64,000 bases of DNA from Alphaproteobacteria bacterium (GTDB taxonomy: Bacteria > Pseudomonadota > Alphaproteobacteria > JAAXGF01): contig CAUVXB020000001.1 of assembly GCA_963555825.3 (NCBI GenBank), positions 2,176,001-2,240,000 on the forward strand, given 5' to 3'. Made by a program: the position numbers and the translations under genes. The number at the start of each line of letters is the position of its first letter. Position 1 is the stretch's first letter. The notes under the pieces are model-generated. The model worked only from the letters and a program-made list of their open reading frames with translations, was not told where the DNA came from and did not search any database. Shown in pieces: positions 48,100 through 58,676 of this stretch.

Positions 48100-49309
48100 A
48101 TCGGATGGCTGCATAGGGGATACAGTTCCCTTGGCGGTGGGAAAGTGGTACGATTTCCACGAATTTGGATGGTATATGGGGAATGTCGGTAACAGTATGT
48201 CCAGCGACGCTATGGGTCCATATGCGTCATTCACGCCAATTGCGATTGCACTTGTAATCACGTTAGTGTTGTTGATCGTCTACTACAAATTCAACTCTCA
48301 CAACAGATATGCGGGCTATTGCAAATTGCTAAACGAAGAATCATGGAACATCCCGTCGGAATTAAACGAAGATGTGTATACCTGGGAAATTTGCATTGAC
48401 AGACTTAGGCACTTCGACACGCATAAACACGAACTAATTAGCCTTTGTGAAGGAGCAACCATCGAAGTCGAAGGTAACGTTGATGACGCGAAAAAACGGC
48501 AGATAAAAGACAAATTTTCTTCGGAGATTCAAGATATTTCGGGACTCGATCCGAAAATTGACAATAATAAAAAGAGGAATGGTTTTCGCTTGTTTCGACG
48601 TTCAATTCGAGGAGAGCATGACTCTTCATCCTGGGGATTCCCAATCCGGGTGACTTTAGTTTTCTTTTTGACTAGCACGGTGAATATTTTATGGAATTGT
48701 TGGATTTATTTGGCAGACATCATCACTTTTAGCCAATGCCAGCAAGGTCGGATACGGAGCAATTATTGTGCAAATAATATTTCTTACTCTCAACATCGTT
48801 ATATTTTCAGTGTTGTTGTCTCTTTGGTCGTTTTTATTTGGAAAACTCCACACGCTTATGAATGGCAGCTCCACAGTTCACAATTTTTATCTGAGGTTTA
48901 TCCCAATTCGAAACAATTACTTGTGTCGATATCTACAAATTACTCTACTATATAAGATGGGATTTGGCCTCTAGTCGGTGAGGCACGGGATAAACGCGCA
49001 TTCGACAGTGCCTTGCGTTCGCATTGGGGACGTTTTGAACGTAGCTTGATAGCTCCGTCTGTTTCGCGCACATGCGGAGATTTTATGGCTGATATTGGGG
49101 GTGACAAGTTGGATCATCGGATGGAGCAGTCGATCCTCGTAAGTTGGGAGACAGGGCCGTAGTTTGTCAATATTTCGGCTGTGTAGGGTTTTGCGTTGAG
49201 AGGGAAACGGCAATTCGCCTAATTCCGTGCGCGGCCGTTGCAAATCGGTCTTGGCTGGGCTATCTCATGGGTCGATCACGCAATCCCCGAGCGACAGAGA
49301 ACCCGCCCC

Positions 49310-50341
49310 ATGACCGCACACGAACTCGTTGAAACCGCCCGGGCATTGGTCGCCGAGGGCAAGGGAATCCTGGCCGCCGACGAGAGCAGCGGCACCATCA
49401 AGAAGCGCTTCGATTCGATCGGCGTGGAGTCGACCGAGGAGAACCGCCGCGCCTATCGCGAATTGCTGTTCACCACGCCAGGCGCCAACGAATTCATCTC
49501 GGGCGTCATCCTCTATGACGAGACGCTGCGCCAATTCGCGGCGGGTGGCGAATCGCCGTTCCCGTTGCTGCTCGCCGATCAGGGCGTCATTCCCGGCATC
49601 AAGGTCGACACCGGCGCCAAGGCGCTGGCCGGCGCGCCGGGCGAGAAGATCACCGAGGGGCTCGACGGCCTGCGTGAGCGTTGCGCCGAGTACTATGCGC
49701 TGGGCGCGCGCTTCGCCAAATGGCGCGCCGTGATCACCATCGGCGACGGCATCCCGAGCGCCCGTTGTATCGACGCCAATGCCCATGCGCTGGCGCGCTA
49801 CGCGGCGCTGGCGCAGGCAGCCGGGCTGGTTCCGATCGTCGAGCCCGAGGTAATGATGGACGGCGATCACGGCATCGAGCGCTGCGCCGAGGCCACCGAG
49901 GCGGCGCTGAATGCCGTCTACCGCGAACTCCATGCCCAGCGGGTCATGCTCGAGGGCAGCCTCTTGAAGCCCAACATGGTGCTGCCTGGCGCCGATCACG
50001 CGGCGCAGGCGAGCGTCGCCGAGGTCGCCGAGGCGACCGTCGCCGTGCTGCGCCGCTGCGTGCCCGCCGCAGTGCCCGGCATCGTCTTCCTATCGGGCGG
50101 CCAAAACGACACGGTCGCCACGGCGCATCTCAACGCGATGAACGCGATGGACACGGCGCACCCGTGGCAGCTGAGTTTCTCATACGGCCGCGCTCTGCAG
50201 GCACCGACCCTCAAGGCGTGGGCCGGCAAAGCCGAGAACGCTGCCGCCGCCAAGGACGCCTTGTACCACCGGGCGCGGCTCAACGGTGCTGCCCGCTACG
50301 GCCGCTACAGCGCCGAAATGGAGCGCGAAGCGGCCGCCTGA
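49310..50341 (+). CDS. fba: Class I fructose-bisphosphate aldolase
   Basis: KGILAADES, FAKWR, PIVEPEV, LLKPNMV, FLSGGQ, FSYGRALQ. Confidence 0.96.
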   Translation: MTAHELVETARALVAEGKGILAADESSGTIKKRFDSIGVESTEENRRAYRELLFTTPGANEFISGVILYDETLRQFAAGGESPFPLLLADQGVIPGIKVDTGAKALAGAPGEKITEGLDGLRERCAEYYALGARFAKWRAVITIGDGIPSARCIDANAHALARYAALAQAAGLVPIVEPEVMMDGDHGIERCAEATEAALNAVYRELHAQRVMLEGSLLKPNMVLPGADHAAQASVAEVAEATVAVLRRCVPAAVPGIVFLSGGQNDTVATAHLNAMNAMDTAHPWQLSFSYGRALQAPTLKAWAGKAENAAAAKDALYHRARLNGAARYGRYSAEMEREAAA

Positions 50342-50357
50342 GGGCCCGCCGCCACCG

Positions 50358-51005
50358 ATGGCAACCACCGAGCGGCGCTGCCGCCTCTATCTGATCACGC
50401 CGCCCGACCTGGCGCCCGACGGTTTCGCGCCGTCGCTCGCCGAGGCGCTCGACGGTGGCGACGTCGCCTGCGTCCAGCTCCGCATGCCGGACGTCGACGA
50501 CGGGGTGCTTGTCCGCGCCGTCGAGACGTTGATGCCGATATGCCGCGAGCGCGACGTCGCCTTTCTGGTCAACGGACACATCGATGTCGTCGCGGGTCTC
50601 GACGTCGACGGCGTGCATATCGGCCGCGCCGAGGGCGTCGCCGAGGCGCGCCGACGGCTCGGCGACGGCGCCATCGTCGGGGTTTCCTGCGGCGGCTCGC
50701 GCGACGCCGCGATGCGCGCCGGCGAGGCGGGCTGCGACTACGTCTCGTTCGGCGCCCTGTTCGCTTCGACGACGCTGCCGGACGCGGAAATCGTCGCGAC
50801 CGATGTCGTCGCCTGGTGGAGCGACCTGATGGAAGTGCCCTGCGTCGCGGTCGGCGGACTGACGCCGGCGAATTGCGTGGCGGCGACGGCGGCGGGCGCT
50901 GATTTCATCGCCGTTTCGGCGGCGGTGTGGAGCGATCCGAAGGGTCCCGGCGCGGCCGTCGCGGCGTTCAACGCGGCGATTGAACGCGCCCGGACGACCT
51001 GTTAG
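50358..51005 (+). CDS. thiE: Thiamine-phosphate synthase family protein
   Basis: RLYLITPP, VQLR, DGVHIG, IVGVSC, PCVAVGG; the usual ND motif reads NG. Confidence 0.85.
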   Translation: MATTERRCRLYLITPPDLAPDGFAPSLAEALDGGDVACVQLRMPDVDDGVLVRAVETLMPICRERDVAFLVNGHIDVVAGLDVDGVHIGRAEGVAEARRRLGDGAIVGVSCGGSRDAAMRAGEAGCDYVSFGALFASTTLPDAEIVATDVVAWWSDLMEVPCVAVGGLTPANCVAATAAGADFIAVSAAVWSDPKGPGAAVAAFNAAIERARTTC

Positions 51006-51058
51006 GTTCCGCGCGCGAAATCACCCCGCCGAACACCAAAATCCGCTAGGCTTACGCC

Positions 51059-51625
51059 ATGAAGATCAACGGCAACGCTATCCGTCCCGGCAACGTCATC
51101 GAGCACAAGGGCCGCCTGTGGGCCGCCGTCAAGATCATGCACACGCAGCCCGGCAAGGGTGGCGCCTATGCCCAGGTCGAACTCAAGGACATCCGCAGCG
51201 GCACCAAGCTCAACGAGCGCTTCCGCTCGGCCGAGACGGTCGAACGCGTGCGGCTCGACGAGAAGGAGCACCAGTTCCTCTACGCCGAGGACGCGCAACT
51301 CACCTTCATGGACAACGAGACCTACGAGCAGATCACGCTCGACGCCAGCGCGGTCGGCGAGCAGGTGGTCTACCTGAGCGATGGCATGACGGTTACCATC
51401 CTCAGCTTCGAGGGCGAGCCGATCTCGGTACAGCTGCCCGACATGGTCACGCTCGCGATCGCCGAGACCGAGGCCGTCATCAAGGGCCAGACGGCCTCGT
51501 CGTCGTTCAAGCCGGCGATTCTCGAGAACGGCGTGCGCATCATGGTGCCGCCGCATGTCGAAGCGGGTACCCGCGTCATCGTCGCCACCGCCGACGGCGC
51601 GTACCGTGAGCGCGCGCGCGATTAG
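51059..51625 (+). CDS. efp: Elongation factor P
   Basis: PGKGG loop, [14 protein letters not shown]. Confidence 0.97.
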   Translation: MKINGNAIRPGNVIEHKGRLWAAVKIMHTQPGKGGAYAQVELKDIRSGTKLNERFRSAETVERVRLDEKEHQFLYAEDAQLTFMDNETYEQITLDASAVGEQVVYLSDGMTVTILSFEGEPISVQLPDMVTLAIAETEAVIKGQTASSSFKPAILENGVRIMVPPHVEAGTRVIVATADGAYRERARD

Positions 51626-51646
51626 CGCGCGCCGCCCCTCCCCCAT

Positions 51647-52447
51647 ATGGCTCCCCGTTCCCCCACCATCACCGTCATGACCCAGGCGGCCTACAAGGCC
51701 GCCCGCGGGCTGACGCGCGATTTCGGCGAGATCGAAAAGCTTCAGGTCTCGAAGAAGGGGCCGGCCGATTTCGTCACCAACGCCGATTTGCACGCCGAGA
51801 AAGTACTGCGCTACGAGCTCGCGCGGGCGCGGCCCGGCTTCGGTTTCCTGCTCGAGGAGGCCGGCGCGATCGCCGGCGACGACGAGAGCCGGCGCTGGAT
51901 CGTCGACCCGCTCGACGGCACACTCAACTTCATGCACGGCATCCCGCATTTTGCCATCTCGATCGGCCTCGAGCAGAATGGCGAACTGGTCGCCGGCGTG
52001 ATCTACGACCCGTTGCGCGACGAGCTGTTCCACGCCGAGAAAGGCGCCGGCGCCTACCTCAACAACCACCGCCTTCGCGTTTCGTCGCGCGGTAACCTCG
52101 CTGACGCCGTGATCGCCACCGGTATTTCGTGGCGCGGCCGCGAGCGCCACGAGAGCTATCCGGCAGAGCTCGAGGCGGTGACGGCCAAGTGCGCCGCCGT
52201 GCGCCGCCTGGGCGCAGCCGCGCTGGATATCGCCTATGTCGCCGCCGGCCGCTACGAGGCCTTCTGGCAACCGGCGTTGTCGCCTTGGGACATCGCCGCC
52301 GGCCTGTTGATCGTGCGCGAGGCGGGCGGCTACGTCACCGAGATCGACGGCGGCGCCAACCCACTCGGCTCGGGCGACGTGCTGGCCGCGAACGACCGCC
52401 TGCACCGCCCCCTGACGGTGCTCCTCAAGGCCGCCGCCAAGGGTTAG
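51647..52447 (+). CDS. suhB: Inositol monophosphatase family protein
   Basis: DFVTNAD, WIVDPLDGT, WDIAAG. Confidence 0.93.
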   Translation: MAPRSPTITVMTQAAYKAARGLTRDFGEIEKLQVSKKGPADFVTNADLHAEKVLRYELARARPGFGFLLEEAGAIAGDDESRRWIVDPLDGTLNFMHGIPHFAISIGLEQNGELVAGVIYDPLRDELFHAEKGAGAYLNNHRLRVSSRGNLADAVIATGISWRGRERHESYPAELEAVTAKCAAVRRLGAAALDIAYVAAGRYEAFWQPALSPWDIAAGLLIVREAGGYVTEIDGGANPLGSGDVLAANDRLHRPLTVLLKAAAKG

Positions 52448-52610
52448 GGCATAAGCCGATAGATCGGAATCGATCGGCCTATGCCCGCCTGCGCCAATCG
52501 TGATTCCGACATAATGGGAGGCCGTCGGCCCTGCGGCCAGCTTTGATTCCATAAGATTGGCAAGCGCGGCGATTGAGCGCGGGTCACCTTTACGCAGTTA
52601 AGGCGACCGG
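52445..52610 (+). repeat. Intergenic structured repeat, copy 3 of 3
   Basis: GATTGGCAAGCGCGGCGATTGAGCGCGGGTCACCTTTACGCAGTTAAGGCGACCG. Confidence 0.75.
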
Positions 52611-52739
52611 ACAATGCGCGAGTGAGTCCTGGTTTATGGCAAGGCGGTTGTTGTCGGTTGGCCCCTGAGTTATTGTGACAATGCGGCGCGCGACGAGGGT
52701 TTGTCTCACCGCATGCGCCGAAATGAACGAGCGGAACGA

Positions 52740-53570
52740 ATGATGATGGGCAGTCTGAAAAGTCCGCGGGGGAGGCTATCGATCCACGTCGCAATCGCCG
52801 TCGCCCTGGTCGGCGGCGCGGCCCTTGGCGCGACGGGCGCATCGGCACAGAACACGCTGGTCATCGGCGGCAGCGGCCTGCCCGGCGTCGAGGTCAATCT
52901 GCAGGCGATCGAGACGTTAGGCTACCTGCCGGCACCGCGCCAGCTGCTGACGCCCGGCACGCCGAGAAGCGGCGCGCCGGCGATCCAACTGATTCCGCCG
53001 GGCGGCGTGGCGGCGCCCGCGCGGGTCACGCTGGCGCCCCCGCCGCCGCCCGAGCCCGCCAGCCCACCGCCCATGCCGGAACCGGTCGTGACGACGACGG
53101 CCACCATGATGCCCGAGCCGGAGCCAGCGCCCGCGCCGCCACCCGAACCCGAACCGGTCGCCGCACCGGAACCGCCACCGGCGCCCGAACCGGTTGCCGA
53201 ACCGGCGCCGGTCGTCGCGGCGCTGCCGGCCGCCGTGCCCGTCGGCGGCATGGCGCCGGGCGAGGAGATGCGCCTGTTGTTCGACGGCGATTCGGCCGAA
53301 CTCGCCGGCGACGCGTCGACCCAGCTCAGCGATCTCGCCGCGCAGCTCACCGCCGACGAGGGCTTGCGCGTACAGGTCAAGGCCTACGCAAGCGGGTCCG
53401 GCGGCAGTGCGAGCACGGCGCGCCGCATCTCGCTGTCGCGCGCGCTCGCCGTCCGCGCCCATCTGATCGGCGAGGGCGTGCGCTCGACGCGCATCGACGT
53501 CCGCGCGCTGGGCAACAAGTCCGAGGATGGACCCGCCGAACGCGTCGACGTCGTACTCGTCGCCCGTTAG
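52740..53570 (+). CDS. Exported Pro-rich OmpA-like peptidoglycan-binding protein
   Basis: Signal peptide, PEP-rich linker, ARRISLSRALAVR...RIDVRALG...ERVD. Confidence 0.85.
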   Translation: MMMGSLKSPRGRLSIHVAIAVALVGGAALGATGASAQNTLVIGGSGLPGVEVNLQAIETLGYLPAPRQLLTPGTPRSGAPAIQLIPPGGVAAPARVTLAPPPPPEPASPPPMPEPVVTTTATMMPEPEPAPAPPPEPEPVAAPEPPPAPEPVAEPAPVVAALPAAVPVGGMAPGEEMRLLFDGDSAELAGDASTQLSDLAAQLTADEGLRVQVKAYASGSGGSASTARRISLSRALAVRAHLIGEGVRSTRIDVRALGNKSEDGPAERVDVVLVAR

Positions 53571-53624
53571 CCCTCCGGCGCGAACGAATCTGGCCCGATT
53601 GACAGACCCCCGATTGACAGACCA

Positions 53625-54776
53625 ATGACACGGCCTCAGGTCTACCTCACGCGCATGGTCTTGTTCGTCTGCGTCGTCGCCGTGGCGGCGGCGTGGATGT
53701 TCGTCGGTTTCGACACGATCCCGCGCGCCTTCATGGCCAATCGTTGGCTCAACGGCCTGATCATCGGCGTCATTCTTCTGGGCATCGGCTACATTTTCCG
53801 CCAGGTCGTCAGCCTGTCCCCCGAGGTCGACTGGATCGAGACCTTCAGGCGCAACGAGCCCAGCCTTGCCGTGCAGAAGCCGCCCCGCCTGCTAGCCTCG
53901 ATGGCGACCATGCTGGGCGAGCGCCAGGGGCGGCTCTCGCTGTCGGCGATGTCGATGCGCGCGCTCCTGGACAGCATCGCGTCGCGGCTCGATGAATCGC
54001 GCGACATCTCGCGTTATCTGATCGCCCTTTTGATCTTCCTCGGCCTGCTCGGCACGTTCTGGGGCCTGCTCGACACGATCTTTTCGGTCGCCGCGGTGAT
54101 TCAGGGTCTATCGGTCGGCGAAGGCGACATCACGGCCATTTTCGACGACCTCAAGAGGGGCCTTCAGGCGCCGCTGTCGGGCATGGGGACGGCATTCTCC
54201 TCGTCGCTCTTCGGCCTCGCCGGCTCGCTCGTGCTCGGCTTTCTCGACCTGCAGGCGAGCCAGGCACAGAACCGCTTCTACAATGACCTCGAGGAATGGC
54301 TATCGAGTCTGACGCGGCTCGGCAGCGGCGTCGAGCTGGGCGACGGGGGCCAGTCGGTGCCGGCTTACGTCAGCGCGCTCCTCGAGCAGACGGCCGAAAG
54401 CCTCGATACGCTTCAGCGCACGCTGACGCAGGGCGAGAGCAGCCGCTCGACGGCCGATCTGCGCATGCTTGACTTGACCGAGAAGCTCGCGACGCTGACC
54501 GACCAGATGCGCGCGGCACAGACCCTGATGGTCAAGCTCGCCGAGAACCAGATGGACCTCAAGCCGATACTGCAGCGCCTGACCGATCTGTCGGCCCAAA
54601 CCGACGGCGGCGTCGACGAGGCGACGCGCGGGCATATCCGCAACATCGACGTCTACATTACCCGCCTGCTCGAAGAGACCGTGTCGGGGCGCACGCAGTT
54701 GATCGACGGACTGCGCAGCGAGATCAAGCTGCTGGCCCGCACGATCGCCGCGCAAAGCGACGCGAACCGGGAATAG
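53625..54776 (+). CDS. MotA/TolQ/ExbB-like membrane protein
   Basis: FLGLLGTFWGL, GMGTAFSSSLFGL. Confidence 0.88.
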   Translation: MTRPQVYLTRMVLFVCVVAVAAAWMFVGFDTIPRAFMANRWLNGLIIGVILLGIGYIFRQVVSLSPEVDWIETFRRNEPSLAVQKPPRLLASMATMLGERQGRLSLSAMSMRALLDSIASRLDESRDISRYLIALLIFLGLLGTFWGLLDTIFSVAAVIQGLSVGEGDITAIFDDLKRGLQAPLSGMGTAFSSSLFGLAGSLVLGFLDLQASQAQNRFYNDLEEWLSSLTRLGSGVELGDGGQSVPAYVSALLEQTAESLDTLQRTLTQGESSRSTADLRMLDLTEKLATLTDQMRAAQTLMVKLAENQMDLKPILQRLTDLSAQTDGGVDEATRGHIRNIDVYITRLLEETVSGRTQLIDGLRSEIKLLARTIAAQSDANRE

Positions 54777-54788
54777 GGGCCGCGCCCG

Positions 54789-56255
54789 ATGGCGAGTCGC
54801 CTGCGCCGCCAACAACGTACCAGCGACATCTGGCCTGGCTTCGTCGACGCCCTGTCGACGTTGCTCTTGGTCATCATGTTCGTGCTCGTCGTCTTCATGC
54901 TGGCGCAGTATTTCCTCAATTGGGCGCTGTCGGGCGCCGACAAGACGATCGACAGGTTGACCCGCCAGGTGAATGAGCTGGCCGAGTTGTTGTCGCTCGA
55001 GCAACAGGGCAACGCCGAGTTGCGCCTCGACATCGCCCAGGTCTCGGCCCAACTGCAGAACTCGAGCGCGGCGCGCGACGAACTCTCGTCGCAGCTTCTC
55101 GCGCTTCAATCGGAACACGGCGCGCTCGGCGCGCGGCTCGCCAGCATCGTGACCGAGCGCGACGCGCTCGAGCTGCGCGTCGAGCAGATTACCGAGCGCG
55201 CCGCGTTGGCAGATGCGGAGGCCCAGGCGCTGCGCGAGGCGCTCGCCGAGGCCGACAAGACGATCACCGCCGACCGCGAGACGATCGAGCTCCGGCTCGC
55301 CGAGCTGGCCAGCCTTCGCCAAGACATCGCCGCTCTGCGCAAGGTGCGCGACGAGCTCGAGGGTCAGGTCGGCCAGCTCGCCGTGATCCTCGAAGAGAAA
55401 CAGGGTGCGCTGGACGAGAGCCGCGCCGACGTGACGCGGCTCGATCAGGCGAACACCGCGCTGCGCGACCGCTCGAAGGAGCTCGAGGCGCGGCTCAGCG
55501 ACGAACAAGAGCGCACGTCGCTCGCCCAGAAGGAGATCGAGAAACGCGAGGTGCGCCTGCGCGACCTGGTGCTCGCCCTACGCCAGAGCGACGAGGCGCT
55601 GCTCGCCGAGCGCGACCTGTCGGCCGAGGCCCAGGCCAAGATCGACCTCTTGAACCAGCAAATCGCCCTTCTCAGGCAGGAACTTGCGCGCATTGCCGAT
55701 GCGCTCGACGCGTCGGAAGCCAAGGACATCGAGCACCAGGCGGTAATCGCCGATCTCGGCACCAGGCTCAACCGCGCGCTCGCCGGCAAGGTCCAGGAGC
55801 TGCAGCGCTACCGCTCGGAATTCTTCGGCAAGCTGAGCGAGGTGTTGGGCGACCAGCCGGGCATCCGGGTCGAGGGCGACCGTTTCGTCTTCTCGTCGGA
55901 GGTGCTGTTCGCCTCGGGCTCGGCGGTTCTCGGCGACGAAGGCCGCGTTCAGATGTCGCGGCTCGCCGAAACCTTGCTGCTGATCGCCGCCAAAATTCCC
56001 GACGACCTGCCCTGGATACTGCGCGTCGACGGCCACACCGACAAGATCCCGATCTATACGGAAAAGTTCCCGTCGAACTGGGAACTGTCGACCGCTCGCG
56101 CGATCTCGGTGGTGCGCTATCTGACGGACCAGGGCGTACCGCCCCATCGACTGGCGGCCACCGGCTTCGGCGAATTCCAGCCGATCGATACGCACGACGA
56201 CGAGATCGCCTTGCGCCGCAACCGCCGGATCGAACTCAAGCTGACCACCCGGTAG
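54789..56255 (+). CDS. MotB-like protein with long coiled coil and OmpA-like domain
   Basis: WPGFVDAL TM motif, GHTD, NWELSTARA, NRRIE. Confidence 0.9.
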   Translation: MASRLRRQQRTSDIWPGFVDALSTLLLVIMFVLVVFMLAQYFLNWALSGADKTIDRLTRQVNELAELLSLEQQGNAELRLDIAQVSAQLQNSSAARDELSSQLLALQSEHGALGARLASIVTERDALELRVEQITERAALADAEAQALREALAEADKTITADRETIELRLAELASLRQDIAALRKVRDELEGQVGQLAVILEEKQGALDESRADVTRLDQANTALRDRSKELEARLSDEQERTSLAQKEIEKREVRLRDLVLALRQSDEALLAERDLSAEAQAKIDLLNQQIALLRQELARIADALDASEAKDIEHQAVIADLGTRLNRALAGKVQELQRYRSEFFGKLSEVLGDQPGIRVEGDRFVFSSEVLFASGSAVLGDEGRVQMSRLAETLLLIAAKIPDDLPWILRVDGHTDKIPIYTEKFPSNWELSTARAISVVRYLTDQGVPPHRLAATGFGEFQPIDTHDDEIALRRNRRIELKLTTR

Positions 56256-56261
56256 CCCCGC

Positions 56262-57362
56262 TTGACGCTCATCTCCGCACCACAACTGCGTCAAATGGTG
56301 TTGGCGCTCGCTATTGGCGCGGTCGGCGGCGCGGTCTTCGCCTGGTTGCGCATGCCGCTCGCTTGGATGATGGGCGCCATGTGCCTGACCACGGTGGCGT
56401 CGCTGGCGCGCGCGCCGATCCGCGTGCCGACGCCGCCGCGCCAGTTCATGATTGCGGTTCTCGGCATCATGCTGGGCAGCGCCTTCCGCCCCGAGATGCT
56501 CGATCAGGCCGGCCAGTGGGGCATCAGTCTCGCGGGGCTTTTCGTCTACGTCGCCGTGGTCGCCGCGATGGTCGCCTGCTATTTCCGCTGGGTCGGCCGT
56601 TACGACCCGACGACGGCGTATTTCGCGGCGATCCCGGGTGGCCTCTCCGAGATGATCATGGTCGGCGGCGCATCCGGCGGCGACGAACGGACGATCGCGC
56701 TGACGCACGCCTCGCGTATCCTGATCGTCGTCCTGATCATTCCCTTCTGGTTCCGCCTGGTCGAAGGCTACGTGCCGCCGCCCGGCGGCATCGGCTCGGC
56801 ATTCCCGCCATTCTTGGAAATCCCGGCATACGACCTCGTGGTGTTGACGCTGTGCGGCGTCATCGGCTATCCGCTGGCGCGCCTGATCGGCGTCCCCGCG
56901 GCGCCGTTGACCGGACCGATGGTATTGAGCGCCATCGCCCATCTCACCCTGATGACGTCGTCCCGCCCGCCGCTCGAATTGATCATCGCCGCCCAGGTGG
57001 TGATGGGCAGCGCCATCGGCTGCCGCTTCGCCGGCATCGCCGTCGCGCGCGTGCTGCACGCGATCTTCGTGGCGCTCGGGGCGACGGCCATCATGCTCGG
57101 CGCCGGTGTCGCCTTCAGCCTGGCCATGGGCCGGCTGACCGATCTCCCGGTCGAGGCCCTTGCGCTCGCCTACGCGCCCGGCGGGCTCGCCGAGATGAGC
57201 CTGATCGCGCTCGCGCTGGGCATCGACCCGGCGCTGGTCTCGACCCACCATGTGGTGCGTATCTTCATCGTCGTGCTGATCGCGCCGTTCGCCTTCACGG
57301 TCTTCACGCGCTACCGCGACAGGCGCCGCGCCGCGGCGGGCCAACCGGCCAAGGGCGACTAG
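56262..57362 (+). CDS. AbrB-family (putative ammonia monooxygenase) membrane protein
   Basis: Internal duplication with PGGLSEM and PGGLAEM motifs. Confidence 0.88.
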   Translation: MTLISAPQLRQMVLALAIGAVGGAVFAWLRMPLAWMMGAMCLTTVASLARAPIRVPTPPRQFMIAVLGIMLGSAFRPEMLDQAGQWGISLAGLFVYVAVVAAMVACYFRWVGRYDPTTAYFAAIPGGLSEMIMVGGASGGDERTIALTHASRILIVVLIIPFWFRLVEGYVPPPGGIGSAFPPFLEIPAYDLVVLTLCGVIGYPLARLIGVPAAPLTGPMVLSAIAHLTLMTSSRPPLELIIAAQVVMGSAIGCRFAGIAVARVLHAIFVALGATAIMLGAGVAFSLAMGRLTDLPVEALALAYAPGGLAEMSLIALALGIDPALVSTHHVVRIFIVVLIAPFAFTVFTRYRDRRRAAAGQPAKGD

Positions 57363-57564
57363 AGCGTCGTCCGATTTGTTCGAAGTCGATCGTTATCGGA
57401 AAATGGTCGTCGTGCCACGGCATCCCGCCCGAAGGCTGTGTTCGGATGCGCAGTGGTCACGGTCTTGGGTGGGACTTACGGCCAATCAATAATCTTCGAT
57501 CATGTCCGGTTTCGAGCGCAAAGCGGACTCCGCAACGTGTTCTGCCTAATGTCAGCTTTTAGCC

Positions 57565-57725
57565 GAGGCTGTTGAAAAAGTCGGTAGCGGAACCAAACTC
57601 GCCAATTTCCCGGAACCAATGAGAATTCGATTTCAATGAAATCAAAGACTTAGGAAAACACCGATTTCGGAGAATTGGCCAATTCAGGCTAAAAATGGAT
57701 GTTTCGGGACTTTTTCAACAGCCTC
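57565..57725. mobile_element. 161-bp MITE
   Basis: Perfect 18-bp IR GAGGCTGTTGAAAAAGTC; 4-bp TSD AGCC at 57561-57564 and 57726-57729. Confidence 0.9.
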
Positions 57726-57727
57726 AG

Positions 57728-58676
57728 CCATGTGTGGACGGCTCCCTGTTGGCAAGAGATTTTGTGACGTTGATGCAAGCTGGTCGGGTGCTGCCATGTG
57801 TCCGGCCTTTTGGTGCGGCGTACATGTGTGGACGGCTCCCTGTTGGCAAGAGATTTTGTGACGTTGATGCAAGCTGGTCGGGTGCTGCCATGTGTCCGGC
57901 CTTTTGGTGCGGCGTACATGGCCGCTGGCCCTAATGCGATCCGCGGGGTCGGGTCCCATGTGTGGACGGCTCCCTGTTGGCAAGAGATTTTGTGACGTTG
58001 ATGCAAGCTGGTCATGTGTCCGGCCGTACATGGCCGCTGGGGCTGGCCTGTGACGATGCTGCGGATGGTCGGGTGCTGCCATGTGTCCGGCGCGGGGTCG
58101 GGTCCCATGCGATCCGCGTGGACGGCTCCCTGTTGGCAAGAGATTTTGTGACGTTGATCCTGCAAGCATGCCTTTTGGTGCGGCGTACATGGCCGTCCGG
58201 CCTTGCGATTGGTGCGGCCCATGGGCGGACGGCTCCCTGTTGCCAAGATGCGATCCGCGATGCAAGCTGGTCGGGTGTGGACCGCCCCTGCGGCCCATGT
58301 GTGGACGGCGTACATGAAGCCGCTGGTTAATGCGATCCGCGGGGTCGGTCCCAGCGCAAGATGATTTTGTGACGTTGATGCAAGCTGGTCGGGTGCTGCC
58401 ATGTGTCCGGCCTTTTGGTGCGGCGTACATGGCCGCTGGCCCTAATGCGATCCGCGGGGTCAAGCTGGTCGGGGGTCCCATGTGTGGACGGCTCCCTGTT
58501 GGCAAGAGATTTTGCTGGCCATGCAAGCTGGTCGGGTGCTGCCATGTGTCCGGCCTTTTGGTGCGGCGAGATTTTGTGACGTTGATGCAAGCTGGTCGGG
58601 TGCTGCCATGTGTCCGGCCTTTTGGTGCGGCGTACATGGCCGCTGGCCCTAATGCGATCCGCGGGGTCGGGTCCCA
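57728..58676. repeat. Scrambled tandem amplification of the terminal ~135 bp of the IS1111 non-coding end
   Basis: About seven partial or shuffled copies of CATGTGTGGACGGCTCCC...GCAAGCTGGTCGGGTGCTGCCATGTGTCCGG...GGGGTCGGGTCCCA. Confidence 0.85.

Larger units (their letters stand above)
45090..48189 (+). mobile_element. IS1380-family element, copy 2 (interrupted by IS256)
   Basis: Nearly identical to copy 1, inverted; TSD TAACA at 45085-45089 and 48190-48194. Confidence 0.95.
44960..48974 (+). pseudogene. AT-rich multi-TM hypothetical gene split by IS1380::IS256, with a probable frameshift near 48680
   Basis: Removing the IS and one TSD joins 44960-45089 in frame to 48195 onward (...FIIIDN-S-MSSDAMG...). 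Confidence 0.8.

Noticed and set aside
53030-53220. Low-complexity CCG/GAA repeats
   Set aside because: Encode the Pro/Glu-rich linker of the OmpA-like protein
57728-58676. Possible CRISPR array or other repeat-spacer array
   Set aside because: No unique spacers: all intervening sequence derives from the same IS end, and there are no cas genes in the window
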